In this document: one piece after another, positions 12,900-25,254 of the stretch
Position numbering within the stretch: position 1 is the first letter of the stretch
How the letters are laid out: every line of letters starts with the position of its first letter
Source of the DNA: Sminthopsis crassicaudata
Taxonomy: Eukaryota
Direction of reading: 5' to 3'
Length of the DNA stretch: 64,000 bases
Assembly (NCBI RefSeq): GCF_048593235.1
Contig: NC_133617.1
Coordinates: 726,248,958 to 726,312,957, forward strand
Notes under the pieces: generated by a model
What the model saw: only the letters and a program-made list of their open reading frames with translations
What the model was told of the DNA's origin: nothing
The model's database searches: none
Position numbers and translations under genes: made by a program

Positions 12900-13200
12900 C
12901 CTTTTCTTTTTCTAATTCTAGCCACAAATTATTTTAAATAATTTTACTTGTTAGAATTTTTCCAGGAATTTAAATGAAGCTCATTAGCCTATTGCTTAAA
13001 GGATCTATTCTTTTTTTCTGTTTCAAAAATTAGTGCCACATTTGATCATCATCGGCTTTTCAACATCTCCCTGTCTGCATCAAGGTTCAATGATCACCAA
13101 AAGAAAATGGTTCTTTAATCACATCTAGAAGTTTATGGAATAGTCTTGGGTATAGATTTCCAGTCTTGAGGACTGAATTTCATTGAAAGCATTCAAAAAT
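12900..13200 (-). mobile_element. CR1/L3 ORF2 fragment upstream of RT
   Basis: Minus strand reads RSNVALIFETEKK...IPGKILT, like CR1 ANVVPIFKKGKK...IPGKILE. Confidence 0.6.
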
Positions 13201-13284
13201 CTAGGATTGGATTCCCCTATGGCCTTGACCAAATTTCTGCTCTTTCAAGCAAGTATTCATACTTATATGACTTAGTCTTACAGT

Positions 13285-13500
13285 ATTTTGTCGTTCAGTC
13301 ATTTGTGAGCAATTTGAGGTTTCCTTGGCAGAAATACTGAAGTGATTTACCATTTGCTTTCTCCATCTCATTTTGCAAAACAGTTAGGTATCTTTTCTAA
13401 GGTTACATAGCTAATAAGTCTCTGATTCCAGATTTGAACTCCTGAAAATGAGTTTTCCTTATTCAAAGCCCAGTGTTCTATTATATCACCTAACTTCCCT
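13285..13500 (-). mobile_element. MAR1-like SINE (CORE plus Bov-B-like tail)
   Basis: gtttccttggcagaaatactgaagtgatttaccatttgctttctccatctcatttt. Confidence 0.75.
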
Positions 13501-13695
13501 AAAAGGAAACCTTAAAGATCATCTTATCAAGTTCCATCATTTTATAGGTAGGCAAACTGGGTTAAGTGACTTGCTCAGGGTCACATAGCTACTAAGCATC
13601 TGAGGCTGATTTAAACTCATAAAGATGAACCTGACTTTATCAGAAATTTGACTTCAGGCCTGGCACTCTATCCACTGTTCTACCTAGCTGCCCCT
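13500..13695 (-). mobile_element. CORE-SINE
   Basis: ggttaagtgacttgctcagggtcacatagct...ctatccactgttctacctagctgcccc. Confidence 0.8.
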
Positions 13696-14194
13696 ATAGC
13701 ATTTTAATGAAAGTTAATGGAGATAGTTTATAAGCAAGTATTTTGTAAGCTGTAAAGTGATACATAAATGTAAACTACTGTTTTATAATAGGGACTTTTA
13801 GTCTATTTTGTTATTGTTATTCTATTATGGTCTAATTTATTATTGCCTGATTGTCAGCACCATTTTCTCCTCTACATCAGCTGATGTAATTCCCTCTACC
13901 AATACAAGTTGGCATTTTCTTTGTTATTAATTATCTTAAAGAGTTGCCTGAAGGCATATAGAAGTTCAATGACTTGTCCAAGGTCACCCAGACTATATGT
14001 GTTAAAGAGTGGACTTAGATCCAAGTCTTTCTGATTTTGAGGCTGGCTTTCTATTAACCACATCCCGGAACATTCTGACGTCCCTCAGTGAGAGTTCCCT
14101 ACACAATGAAATCATAGATCTAATTTAGAATGATGTTGAGCATATATTAGACACTTTTATAAGTGTTTATTGACTGAGGGAAAATCTCACATTT

Positions 14195-14430
14195 CTATAG
14201 TATTTTAAGATTTATAAAACATTTTTATCTGTGTTATATTTAAGTTTGACAGAAAACCCTGAGATGTAGGTCCTGTAAGTTCTCATAATTTTCATTTTAC
14301 AAATGAAGAAATGGAGGCCCAGAATGTTCAAGTGGTTTGCCTAAAGATATGTAGCTTATAAATTTCAGAGGAAGGTTCAAAGCTAGGTCTCCCTTTTCTC
14401 CCAATTTCATTATTCTATCTGCTACTTATG
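14195..14430 (-). mobile_element. MIR-type SINE
   Basis: cattttacaaatgaagaaatggaggcccagaatgttcaagtggtttgcctaa. Confidence 0.65.
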
Positions 14431-14899
14431 CTGCCTTTGCAAATTAAAGTAGAGGAGAAAATGGTGCTGACAATCAGGCAATAAGGAAATTAGACCATAA
14501 TAGTTTGATTAAAAATAGTAAATGAGAAATATCAAAACTAAGACATCATTGAAAAGAGAATTGTTTTTGAACTTTTATTCCCACAATCTATTTTAGAGCA
14601 CAACTAGTCTTTGTTTTGAAAAATTGATCTGTTTTGCTTCAATGAAGGGGTAAAAGAAAAATTGATGCCTTTATATGTAAAATTCACAGCTAATTAAGCT
14701 TTCTACTTCAAAATTGCAGGTTTCCATGACTGGTTATTGGTCTTGAGTGTCTGACATAGAAGAGACAGACAGAATTAATAGACAAGAGAGTGTGATGGGA
14801 AATTGATCAATATGTCCATCCTCATACATTTCCTGTGAACTTATGTTCTAAAAGACTACTGCATTTCAGAAGTAAGGGGATGTATACTCTAGAAGGAAA

Positions 14900-15125
14900 G
14901 AAAAAAATATATTTAAGCCTCTAAGACAAATTCAGCAGAGTTTTCTGTTCCTGGAAATATCAAGAGTCAGTGAGTTCCTTCCTTACTAAAGCTCCTTAAG
15001 TAAAGGTGAAATGAATCCTAGTCAGATATAAAGGAGAAAGGATTCTTGTTTATATGCAAATTTCTCTAAAGGCTCTAAGTTTCCTTTAGTTCTGAGATTC
15101 AATGATTTTTGTGATTATGATTCTA
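14900..15125 (+). mobile_element. CR1/L3 3' end
   Basis: Ends in a (gatt(c/t)tgt/at)-type tail: ctgagattcaatgatttttgtgattatgattct. Confidence 0.5.
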
Positions 15126-15438
15126 CAAAGAACCTTGCCTTGGAAATGTCTTGTTAATTAATAGTAGAAAGACTAGGTTTTTTTTTTTTTTTTTTTTTTT
15201 TGTTATTGTTGTTGTTTTGTTTTCTTTTTGTTTTTTAATTAGAGAAAGCTTCGCTTTTCTCCAAAAAGATCATTTTTAAAAGAATGTTCTGTGATATAGT
15301 TGGTGGAAAGTCAAAAGACTTTGATTCAAATCTTATTTATTGGGTGACCTTGAATAAGTCTTCATAATGTAATGATGAAGAAACTGAGGCAAGATAGAGA
15401 TTAGAGAGTTTTTAATATTTTATTTATTGGAGAGTTTA

Positions 15439-15591
15439 TTTTATTTTATTTTTTTTCCCCTGAGGCTGGGGTTAAGTGACTTGCCCAGGGTCACACAGCT
15501 AGGAAGTGTTAAGTGTCTGAGACCAGATTTGAAATCGGGTCCTCCTGAATTCAGGGCTGGTGCTCTATCCACTGCACCACCTAGCTGCCCC
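15439..15591 (-). mobile_element. WSINE1-like young CORE-SINE inserted in the LTR
   Basis: Near-consensus body ending ctagctgcccc; perfect 15-bp TSD ttattggagagttta at 15424-15438 and 15592-15606. Confidence 0.92.
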
Positions 15592-15962
15592 TTATTGGAG
15601 AGTTTAATGGATTGACTGGACAGGACTCTTGTCTCAAAGTATCCAGTGGTGAATGTGAGTTCTCACTGACATATATACACACATGGCTCAGCTACAGGGG
15701 TAGACCAAGGCAGGATTGGAGTCAGAGCACTGAGAATGGGAACAGAATATCAATCTGGTTCTGACAGGGTGGTGAGAGATACCGGACATTCTGGTATAAA
15801 GAAGAACAATGACAGGATAGGGGATAGGACCATAAATTCTTGATGAGAGAAGGAGTTAGGAGCCAGGAAGTCTGAACTCCCCCTTATCTTGAGTCTCACA
15901 TTGACAATTTATAACCTTAGAGCAAGTGGTCCTCAGTCTTAATGAACTGGAGTGGGGTTTTA

Positions 15963-16126
15963 CAATTAAGGAAATTAAGGCAGAACAGTTAAGGAAACCA
16001 AGGCAGGGCCAATTAGGGAAACTGAGGCAGAACAATTAGGGAAACTGAGGCAGAACCAATTTAGGGAAACTGAGGCAGGACAATTAGGGAAACAGAGTCA
16101 GGACAATAAAAGAGAACTGTGGCACA
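15963..16126. repeat. 23-24 bp tandem array, 7 units, within the LTR
   Basis: Unit caattagggaaactgaggcagaa; units start at 15963, 15986, 16010, 16033, 16057, 16081, 16104. Confidence 0.9.
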
Positions 16127-16437
16127 ACAATAACACCCTCAGACAACTCTCTACAATGATTAATGATAAAGGTGTCATGTTGTACTGGTAGAGGGAGATA
16201 TATCACCTGGAAGTTCCTTAAACCAATAAAATCACAGATCAAGTTCTGATCTTTATTGTCTATTTGTAGAACAATCAACTCCATGAAGGTATCCAATAAA
16301 AGTTGATATTAGAGCTCTATTAAAGTATATATAAAGTATGAAAATATACATATATATATAAATTATGAAAGTATATATATATATATATGTGTGTGTATGT
16401 ATATGTACATATATGAAATCTCCAATTTATCCCACAG

Positions 16438-16578
16438 TTCTTCCCCTGAAGCAATTGGAGTTAAGTGACTTGCCCAGGATCACATATATAGGAGTTAAGT
16501 GTCTGAGGCAAAATTTGGACTCAAATCCTCCTCACTTCAGGGTTGGTGCTTTATCCACTGCACCATGTAGCTGCCCCC
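16438..16578 (-). mobile_element. WSINE1-like SINE
   Basis: gaagcaattggagttaagtgacttgcccagg...tccactgcaccatgtagctgcccc. Confidence 0.85.
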
Positions 16579-16727
16579 TGGGGTGATAATTTTCTAAGGC
16601 AGTTATAGTATTAATATTATAATATATTCTTTAACTTATCAACTAAACTATTTTTTGACACTCCCACCCTGATACTTTTCCATTCTCGATAATCAGTACA
16701 ATACCAAAAAATCAATTAGTTTCATAA

Positions 16728-16985
16728 CTAGATGGAACCACAGTGGATAGAGATTTGGGCCTAGAGTCAGGAAGGTCAGAATTCAAATCTGGCCTCAGAC
16801 TATTGCTAGATGTGTACCTGGAGAGTCACTTAACCATGCTTGCCTCAGTTTCCTCATCTGAAAATAAGCCCAATAATATCATTTATCTCCAACTGTTATT
16901 GTGAAAATCAAATGAGATAATATTTGTGAAGCACTTAGCACAGTGCCTGATATACATAGTAGGTGCTATAGAAAGGCTTTATTTT
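16728..16985 (+). mobile_element. MIR/Mar-type CORE-SINE, full length
   Basis: cagtggatagag, gagtcaggaagg, ttcaaatctggcctcagac, core, L2-like tail. Confidence 0.85.
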
Positions 16986-17519
16986 CTTTTTGCCTTTCCT
17001 TACTTTGGAATTAGAATTTACACCTTAGTTCCTTTGTTGATACCTAGGGTGACTTTGGAGAATCACCTCACCTTTATGCACCTCAGTTTCCTCATTTGCA
17101 AATGAAGAGATTATATGAGACGGACTCACAGGGCCCTTCCACCTTGAAATCTATGGTCTTCTAAATTCATATTTTTATTATTTCCTTCCCCTTTCCCTGA
17201 ACATGAGCTGCCATGGTGCTCTCAAGCAGGAATTTCTTATGCCTTGATCTTCTTGCTTCAGCGTTGGCCATTTAGTATCATCTGCAGGTTCTGTGGATAT
17301 CACATTTGTCATATCATTTGTAATGAATACAAATGGCATTTGATCACACACTCAGGCAGAGAACCAAAGATTAGCGGCTCATCTCTAGAACCACCTGGTG
17401 CTCTTTATCAAGGAAAGCATTAGCTCAGAGCAGAGGATGCTATTTTGTCATGCTTGGGGATTGATGATTTTCTATCACAGCCTAGATTGGTTTCTATAGC
17501 ACACTTGCAATCTCCTTAA

Positions 17520-17810
17520 TAATAATAACTTAGATTTGTATACCATTTGACAGTTTACAAAAAGTCTTTGCGTACATTATCTTATTCAAACTTGTGTGAG
17601 GCAAGTAGTGTAAGTGTAACTATTCCTTTTTTTTTCCAAGTGGGGAAACTGAGGCTCACATAGCTCATAAATGGTAAAGCCAGTCCATTAAATAAAAAGC
17701 TCCTTGAGAGTGAAACTAGCTTTTGCTTTTCCTTGTTTTTCCAATATTTCCCAGTCTCTCCTATACAGTAGGTTCTTCATAAATGTTCACTGTATGACTG
17801 ATTGACACAA
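17520..17810. mobile_element. MIR fragment (-) followed by an L2 3' end (+)
   Basis: ggggaaactgaggctcac; aagctccttgagagtg...cagtaggttcttcataaatgtt. Confidence 0.6.
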
Positions 17811-18544
17811 ATAAACGAAATAAATAAAATGCTTTGTATTCCTTTAAACATCACATATATTCCTTCCATTATTCTGACATTCAAAAAATACAGACTATTC
17901 AATGGGGATACATAGTATTATCATCTTTTTATCTGTTAGCTCCTCTTCTTTTAATCCTCCCATCTGTTCCTAATCCTTAAAAAAATAAGAATTAATTAAA
18001 CAAACAGCAACAACAACCACAACAACAAACTTTGGCTTGCACCTGAGACCCACTCCAATTACTGTCTCATATCCTCTCACTGCTTTAACACCTAGAAAAA
18101 CTGCTTATCTTCATTGCCTCTACTTCCTCATTTTCCACTTACTTTCCCAGAACAACATAGACAATCCCATTTGGCATTTAATAAAGCTCTTTCTAGTCTG
18201 GTTCTAATCTCTTTCCACACTCAATGATTTTGTGCTCCCAACAAACTGACTTGCTTTTCCCTGTAGATAGTATTCCATTTCCTGGTGGTGTGCCAGCTTC
18301 CCATACCTGGGCTGTTCTCTGCCCTTTCTCTTGTCTCAAGAATTTTTAACTCCTTTTAGACAGCATCAACTTTGGCACAAGGAACATATTTTCCCCCACT
18401 TTGCTGAAATCTCTTTGGGTTTATTTTGTTTATTTTCTAAGACTGTAAGTGGCAAAACAGGTGCCAGTCTCTACTGGCAGAAGGAGATTCCTCACTGGGA
18501 GCTTTCTACATAACAATGAAAGAACAGGTCTGTTCCAAAATATC

Positions 18545-18650
18545 TTCCTCTTTCCCTTCCTCCCTTTCTTCTCCATCTTTCCTCTTTTCCTCATTCTTTC
18601 CTTCCTCCCTTCTTTCTTCCCTTCCTCATTCCCTTCCTTCTTTTCTTCCT
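18545..18650. repeat. CT-rich low-complexity tract
   Basis: Degenerate (CCTT/TTTC)n. Confidence 0.85.
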
Positions 18651-19809
18651 AGATCTAGAAAGGAAATCTAGCCACACCCATGCATTTTTTAGAAATAGCA
18701 TAGTGGTCCAGAGATTTTAAGTGGCTGGCCCATTCAGGCAGTAACTGAAAAGGTAGAAGTTGAATAGAGATCATCCTCTGTGTCCAAAGTCAGTGTTCTG
18801 TATCAGGGCCATGTTTTCTGCCATACCCCTGGCCTTAGTTTCTTGTGATCTCTTGTGTAACCTATGGAGGTCCCAGGGAGCCACTGCGCTCTCTGTGAGA
18901 CTCCATAAAAATTCATCTCTTGTTTTCCAAATCAAATGCATAAATATTGACAGTGATAGTGAGAAAATTCAAGTGGCTGCCAGATTTGATGGTCAGGTAG
19001 AATACATTGTCAAAGACTATTTCTTCAGCCAGAGATTGGGGGGAGAGTGTGACATTTCCCTTTGGGATGAGTTGAAATGAAAACTCGAGATGCTGGAGAC
19101 TAGGTAGGCTTTTATACAGTGATTTGTTTATTTTTCCATGTAATTAGCTGCTGAAGCATTATTGAGATTCAGACAAATGTATGGCCCTAAAAATAATATA
19201 ATAAATTGTCTCTATTTTTGTTAATTTGCCTCACTACTGCAAAGCTGGAGGCAACTGCAGGAGCACTTTATGTTGAATATGAATTATACAAATGAAAGAA
19301 ACCCCCTTGGAGCAGATGTCTTTGTTTAGTTCCCTTCCTTCATTAATTCTTGCCTCTGCTCAGAGTTTGATGTTCTGCTTCCTGAGGTCTGAGCAGGTGA
19401 GTCCTGAAACCTGAGGAACACACACACTGCCCAGTACATCTCTAGTGGACAGCTCTTTATCTATTCTTCTCATCCTGCTCTGGGATCTCTATAACTAAAC
19501 CACTAATTAGGTGATGAGTTCCATCAGATGTTAGGGAGATAAGTATGACAAACAGACTCTTCTGCCTACTTAGTTATTCTCCCAGGCGAGGGGTTCTTTC
19601 ATCCACATGGCATTTCTTTGTCTCAAATAGAGAAGAATGGAAAGCAGATGGGCCTGTTGATGAAGATGGAAAGTTGTCTCTAGAGAAAGTTTCCTCATGT
19701 GCAAAATGAAGGAGGTAGGCGTGGGGGGTTGGAGAGTAGATAATTAGATTGAAAACAAGACATGTGCTTCCAGCATGGCTGGATAGAATGCTGAAACCGG
19801 AGTCCAGAA

Positions 19810-19930
19810 GATTAATCAGTCATTATTTGTTAAGTACTAAGTATGTGCCAAGTACTGTTCTAAGTGCTAAGGATACAAAGAAAGGCAAAAGAAACAGTCT
19901 CTTTTCTCAAGGGACTTGCAGTTCTATAAA
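19810..19930 (-). mobile_element. L2 3' end
   Basis: atttgttaagtactaagtatgtgccaagtactgttctaagtgctaaggatacaaag. Confidence 0.8.
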
Positions 19931-20909
19931 ACAGGTTCTTAGATTTAGCATTGGAACCTTCAATGTCATCTAGTCCAAGAGCATTTCATAGCCAAAGGAA
20001 CAAAGTCTAGAAAAAAAAATGACTTTTCTAGGGTCACACATATAATAAGTGCTCAAGTCCTAACGTGAACCTTTGATTCAGCAACCAGCATTCTTTTCAC
20101 TGTGCCTCCCTGTCTCTTACTTGAGTTTGAATCTGACACCTACTAATTATGTGAGCATGGAGAAGTCATATGATCTCCCTGACTGAGCATCTTCATGTGT
20201 TAAGACAATGATAATAATATTTGGAAACATAGGATTTGGTGGAACTAAGGAAGAATTTGTAATCAGACAACCTGGGTTAGAATCAGTTGTAACCTTTAAC
20301 CTGTGTCAACTCTAATAAGTCATTGCAGCCTTAGAGACTTAGTTTCCTCTTGTGTGAACTGAAGGAATTGAATTGGGTGATCTAAGTACTTTCAGTTCAA
20401 AATCAGTACTTCTGTGGCTTTTTTGCATATCTTTAATTTAGAGTTTCCCCTTGCGTTTCTTCATCCTTATCTCTTCTCACACCCTACACATATATTATGA
20501 AAGCCAAAAATTTTCTCATTGTGCATTTTTAAAGATTTCAGTACTGAATCCAAGAATTATGAGATGCAAATCCACTTGAAATTAGTAAAAGTGCCATCCA
20601 CAATTCACAAGGAGTCTGCTTTCCAAAGGAAACCAGAATAAGAGATCTTCCAAGGCAACTTTACAGCAGAAACACCAATACAAGAAACACAAAATGTGAT
20701 TTGAATTCAATTATAAATAGATGATATAAAAAGGGAAAACTGCTGAAGTTTTCTGAGTTTGTGATGGGGCAGGGAGAAGGAGAGTAGAGGAAGAAAAACA
20801 GCCAAGATGGGATCAAAGTTTAGAGCAGCAATAATTGGTAAGAGGGTAAGAATTATGATCTCTTCCTTTGTAAAGAACATAGAACAATGAGCAAAGAAGA
20901 TGAGTCTGT

Positions 20910-21184
20910 TTAAATCACTATTGATTAGAGAATTGCAAATTAAGGTAACTGAAGTACCATGCCACACCTTTCAGATTGGCTAAGATGACAGGAAAAGATC
21001 ATGATAAATGCTGGAGTGGATATGGAAAAACGGAAACACTTATGCATTGTTGGTGGAGTTGTCAAATGATCCCACCATTCTGGAGAGCAATTTGGAATTG
21101 TGCCCAAAGGGCTATAAAACTGTGCATGCCTTTTGATGCTGGGTCTGTATCCCAAAGAAATAATAAAATCTGAAAAAAATAGTA

Positions 21185-21215
<31 letters not shown>

Positions 21216-21790
21216 TAGTGACAAGGAACTGGAAATTGAATGGATACCTATTAATTGGAGAATGGTTGAATAAGTTATGGTATATGAATGTAATGGAATA
21301 ATATTATTTTATAAGAAATGATGAACAGGCTGATTTTAGAAAAGCTTAGAAAGACCTGTATGAACTGAGACTGAGTTGAGCGAGCAAAGCCAGGAGAACA
21401 TTGTATTTAGCAAAACAAGATTATGTGATAATCAACTGTGATGGACTTGGCCCTTCTCAACAATTGCAGTGATTCAAGGCAGTTCTTGGAATGGAAAATG
21501 CCATTCACAGACAGAGAGAGAACTGAATCTGGATTGAAACAGTATTTTTACCTTTTTCTTTTTTTTTTTTTTTTTTTTTTCTTTATTGTATTTTTCCCTT
21601 TTGGTCTTTTTTTTTTCATACAACATGAGAAATATGGAAATATGTTTAAAAAGATAGCACATATTTAACCTATATCATAATGCTTGCTATCTTGGGGAGG
21701 GAAGAAGTAAAGGAGGGAGGGAGAAAATATTTAAAGCATAAAGTTTTACAAAAATGAATTTTGAAAACTACTTTTATATGTATTTGGAGA
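20910..21790 (+). mobile_element. 5'-truncated L1: ORF2 cysteine-rich C-terminus plus 3'UTR
   Basis: Translates KSLLIRELQIK...AKMTGKDHDKCWSGYGKTETLMHCWWSC...FWRAIWNCAQRAIKLCMPFD (CCHC region of ORF2p). Confidence 0.93.
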
Positions 21791-23284
21791 AAAAAATGAG
21801 CCTGCTGGGAGTCAGTAAGTTCTTTTGCCACATTCTAGTGAAGCAGAGGTAGAAAAACTGGTGGTATCTTTTTTTGCCTTCGAGAAATTTATGGGAATTC
21901 TCTCTATATAAGAAAGCATGATAACATTCTAAAAGAAGGGATGTTTCACCTCTATTTTCTCACCTTCCAAAATAGTGAGAAGGTCAAAGAATAATTCATA
22001 GGATCAATTATTAGGAAAGAGTTCTATCCATCCTCATTCATACATTTGAACATTAAGGTTCAAAGCAAAATTTCTGCATAGCAATTCCACAGCAATTAGT
22101 GAGGCTGGTTCTATGTCTGAAAGGTAATTTATTAATATTATGAAATCAGAAACAGAGATGAAAAGGACCCTGGAAAATTTTTTTTAGTGCAATCATTCTA
22201 CAGATGGAAAAACTGAGACCCAGAGAAATGATTTGCCCAGTGTTGTGCAAGTGAGAAAAATGATTTTTAATTTAGCATTAAGAATTCTTTTAGGAGTCAA
22301 GACAAAACTTTGGGATTCATTAGAATATTTTGGGGATATGGTAAAGGAGTCTTTCCCCACAATTTTCTCCTTGAATGAAAAAGTCATTCTTTAAAAATAT
22401 TTATTCTCTTTGGTTATATTGTGCTGATGTGGATTAAGGAATAACTTCTGCAGAGGCAAAATTTCTGCTCCCCCAAAATGTAATTAATTTCAGGATATTT
22501 GAGAGAAATAAGGAGTCATAGGATCTGTCATAGGAAGAGTAAATATAGGTGTGACATCTCTTAATTTTATCATGTTTTGTCATGGAGATATTGTCTCTTC
22601 CACCTCCATGAACCTTCAGTAGATCCTGGAGGACAGGAACTGTGCCATTTTCGATCTCTGCATCCCTAGCAAAAGCAATAGTGTTCTTCAAAAATCTAAA
22701 ACATGTTATCAAGTGATAATTGTCCAAAAATCAAAGAAGTGTTTGTCAAAAGAAGGACACTTCATATAGATGGGCAGTGTACTTGTTGCATTGATATTTA
22801 CAAGGGGTCGGGGAGAGGATGTAATACAATGGGGAGAACCCTTGAGGAGGATGTGTGGAGATTATGAGGGAAACATTGAAAAGGTATAAATGAGTTGAGC
22901 TATGTCCCATGGGAGGGAATCTCATTGTCCATAAGGTCATACATCTGCAGAACTATTCCTTACAAAATAGTTTTTTTCTGTACTCATTCACCAAAGCAAG
23001 TTACCAAGCAACTTACTTGTGCCAGGGACTGTCATAATCACTGTGGATACAGTGTCCAATATGAAACAGTTTCTGCTCTCAAGCAGTTTATATTCTTTCA
23101 CTTCTCTGTAACAGATGATTCCAACTAATCTGGGTTTGTAACAATTTATCTAGTAATCCTCTCATTATCTACAATCTCTATACTGTGATACCAGGACACC
23201 AACAGAGAGTAGCTCTGGTTAGTTATAATGATAATTTCAGACCATGGACAGCTCATCCCAGGCTTTCTCTCATACCTATGCTAT

Positions 23285-23425
23285 CCTGACAGGGGACAGT
23301 CAATAGACTTGAAATGGAAAATGCCATTCATATCCAGAGGAAGAGCTGAATGTGGATTGAAGCATAGCATTTTCACCTTTTGTTATTTTTCTTTATTGTA
23401 TTTTTCCCTTTTGGTCTGGTTTTTC
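23285..23425 (+). mobile_element. L1 3'UTR fragment
   Basis: atggaaaatgccattca...gtggattgaagcatag...ttttcccttttggtc, the same segment as 21490-21610. Confidence 0.7.
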
Positions 23426-23965
23426 TTGGGGGAAAAAGTTAAAAAACAAAACAAAACAGGAAAGAAAACCGTTAAAGCTTATGAAATGACAGAAATCCTT
23501 TTCACACAATGATTCCTACCAGCTAACTCTTTGCCTAATAAGGAATTATATATTCAGAAACTTAAAATTCACCAGTCAGCAGGAAAGCAGTGTCAGGAAG
23601 AGGCCAGCCCTTTTCAGGCACCCCAAGAATGCCGATGTAGCCTGCTGGAAGGGGATTTAACTGTATAACAAATCAGAAACTATGTACATACAGCCTTTGA
23701 AGTCCAAGGTTAACAAGAGAGGCATTAACAACAACTTTATTAGGAAAGTGCCTCAGAGCAAGAAAACTGCTGTTGATAGAATGGAGAGTTGGAAGGAAAC
23801 TTAAAATGAGTTGGAACTAGGGCAGGGTGGCAGGGGTAATGTTGCAGGGCATCAAAATTAGAAGGAAAAAAAAAACACGTGTTCTACTTTATCATTACAG
23901 AAATAACTGAGTTTAAGTTTAATACTGAATAGTTAAAATAGGCATCCACCACATATCTAGGCAGC

Positions 23966-24240
23966 TGGGCAGCTAGGTGGTACAGTGGATAGAGTAATAG
24001 ATCTGTACTCTGGAGGATTCATCTTCACAAATTCAAATCTGGATTTGCACACTTATTAGCTGTGTGGCCCTGGCCAAGCCACTTAACTCAGTTTGTCTTA
24101 TCTATAAAATGAGCTGGAGAAAGAAGTGGCAAATCACAACAGTAACTTTGTCCCCCCCAAAAAAAAACCCTCCAAAAAAACAAAACAAAACAAAAAACTC
24201 CAAATAGGTTCAACAGAATCAACTTTTTAAACTGAAATGA
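23966..24240 (+). mobile_element. MAR1-like SINE
   Basis: gggcagctaggtggtacagtggatagag...aaaatgagctggagaagaagtggcaaatc. Confidence 0.85.
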
Positions 24241-24339
24241 TGAGATATTTACTAATAATGGATTTGTGAGCCACTGTAATAACTAATTCTCCCTCTAAAA
24301 CAAATAAAAAAGGCTTAATTACTCCTTTTGTTATTTTCA

Positions 24340-25100
24340 TATCCATAGTCTTACCTCTCATTTCTCAACCTCTTGCATTCTGATTTGTGACCTTATCCTT
24401 TAAGACTCTGAGACAAAAAATAAATACTGGTCCCTGGAGGTCCTTCTGGATCTCAGCATTAATTTGCACTAACCAATGTCCTTTCCTCCAACAGATTCTT
24501 TTCTCTTTGTGTAACTATGCCATTTCTCTCTTATTCTTCTTTTCAGTTTCTTCAGTTTTCTGAATCGAAATCTTATCCCATCCTGCATACATGGGTGTGT
24601 CTAAAGACACCACTCTGATACCCTTCTCATAGTTTTCTATCTTCTCTTTATGATAATCATTATCTCACCTAAGCTCAGTTCTCATCTTTATGTAGATGAT
24701 TCTCAGATCTGCATATCTAGGCTAACTGGTTCCATGCATATCAACAACTGATTATTAGACACTTATAATCAGCTATCACAACCAACCACAATTGAGTCAA
24801 TTGGTACAGTGAATAGAACACTAAACCTGGAATCGGGAAGATGAATTGAAATCTGTCATCAGACATTTACTAATTTCATGACTAAGTCACTAAACTACTA
24901 CCTGCTTCAGTTTCCTTCTCTCTACAATGACAATAGTGATCTCACCTATCTCCCAGGGTTGATGTAAGGATAAAACAGTATAATATTTGCAAATCTTAAA
25001 GTATTATATAATACTCTTTTATTCAACATGCTCAAGACAGAAGCCAATGTTTCCTTCAGAACTCTTCCCTCTTCACAATGTCTGATTTTTGTTTTCTTTC
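24340..25100 (+). mobile_element. L2 ORF2 fragment with a MIR inserted at ~24790-25010
   Basis: ttctcatctttatgtagatgattctcagatctgcatatct (L2 YADDSQI-like RT motif); pyrimidine-rich L2 body. Confidence 0.7.
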
Positions 25101-25105
25101 CTTCC

Positions 25106-25254
25106 ATAGGGAATCAGGAGGGAGATATAGGAAATTGAAGAGAGAATAGGAAGTTTATGATCAGAGATCCTTTTTGTTTCTTGGAGAGAGGGATGTATAG
25201 ATTTATGAGCCTTCTATGGAACTGAGCTTCCAAAGATGGCAGCAGATGGAGATC
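25106..25254. repeat. Direct repeat copy 1 (unclassified ~150 bp)
   Basis: Aligns by eye at roughly 85% identity with 26230-26384. Confidence 0.9.

Larger units (their letters stand above)
15368..16129 (-). mobile_element. ERV solo LTR (ERV1-type 4-bp TSD)
   Basis: Termini TGTAA (15368) and ACAACA (16129); ATAA duplicated at 15364-15367 and 16130-16133; minus-strand AATAAA near 15423-15428; 23-bp U3 array. Confidence 0.8.
15290..16260 (+). mobile_element. Old MIR3/Mar3-like SINE split by an LTR (halves 15290-15367 and 16130-16260)
   Basis: gtgaccttgaataagtcttcATAA continues after the LTR as ATAAcaccctcagacaactctcta. Confidence 0.6.

Noticed and set aside
15439-15591. tRNA genes suggested by A/B-box motifs here and in other SINE heads
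   Set aside because: tRNA-derived SINE heads fused to CORE; no cloverleaf or anticodon arm
15963-16126. CRISPR-like array
   Set aside because: Units are contiguous with no unique spacers, the context is eukaryotic, and the array lies inside an LTR
18760-19080. 106-aa ORF in unique DNA
   Set aside because: TTG start, no recognisable domain and no convincing flanking splice pair
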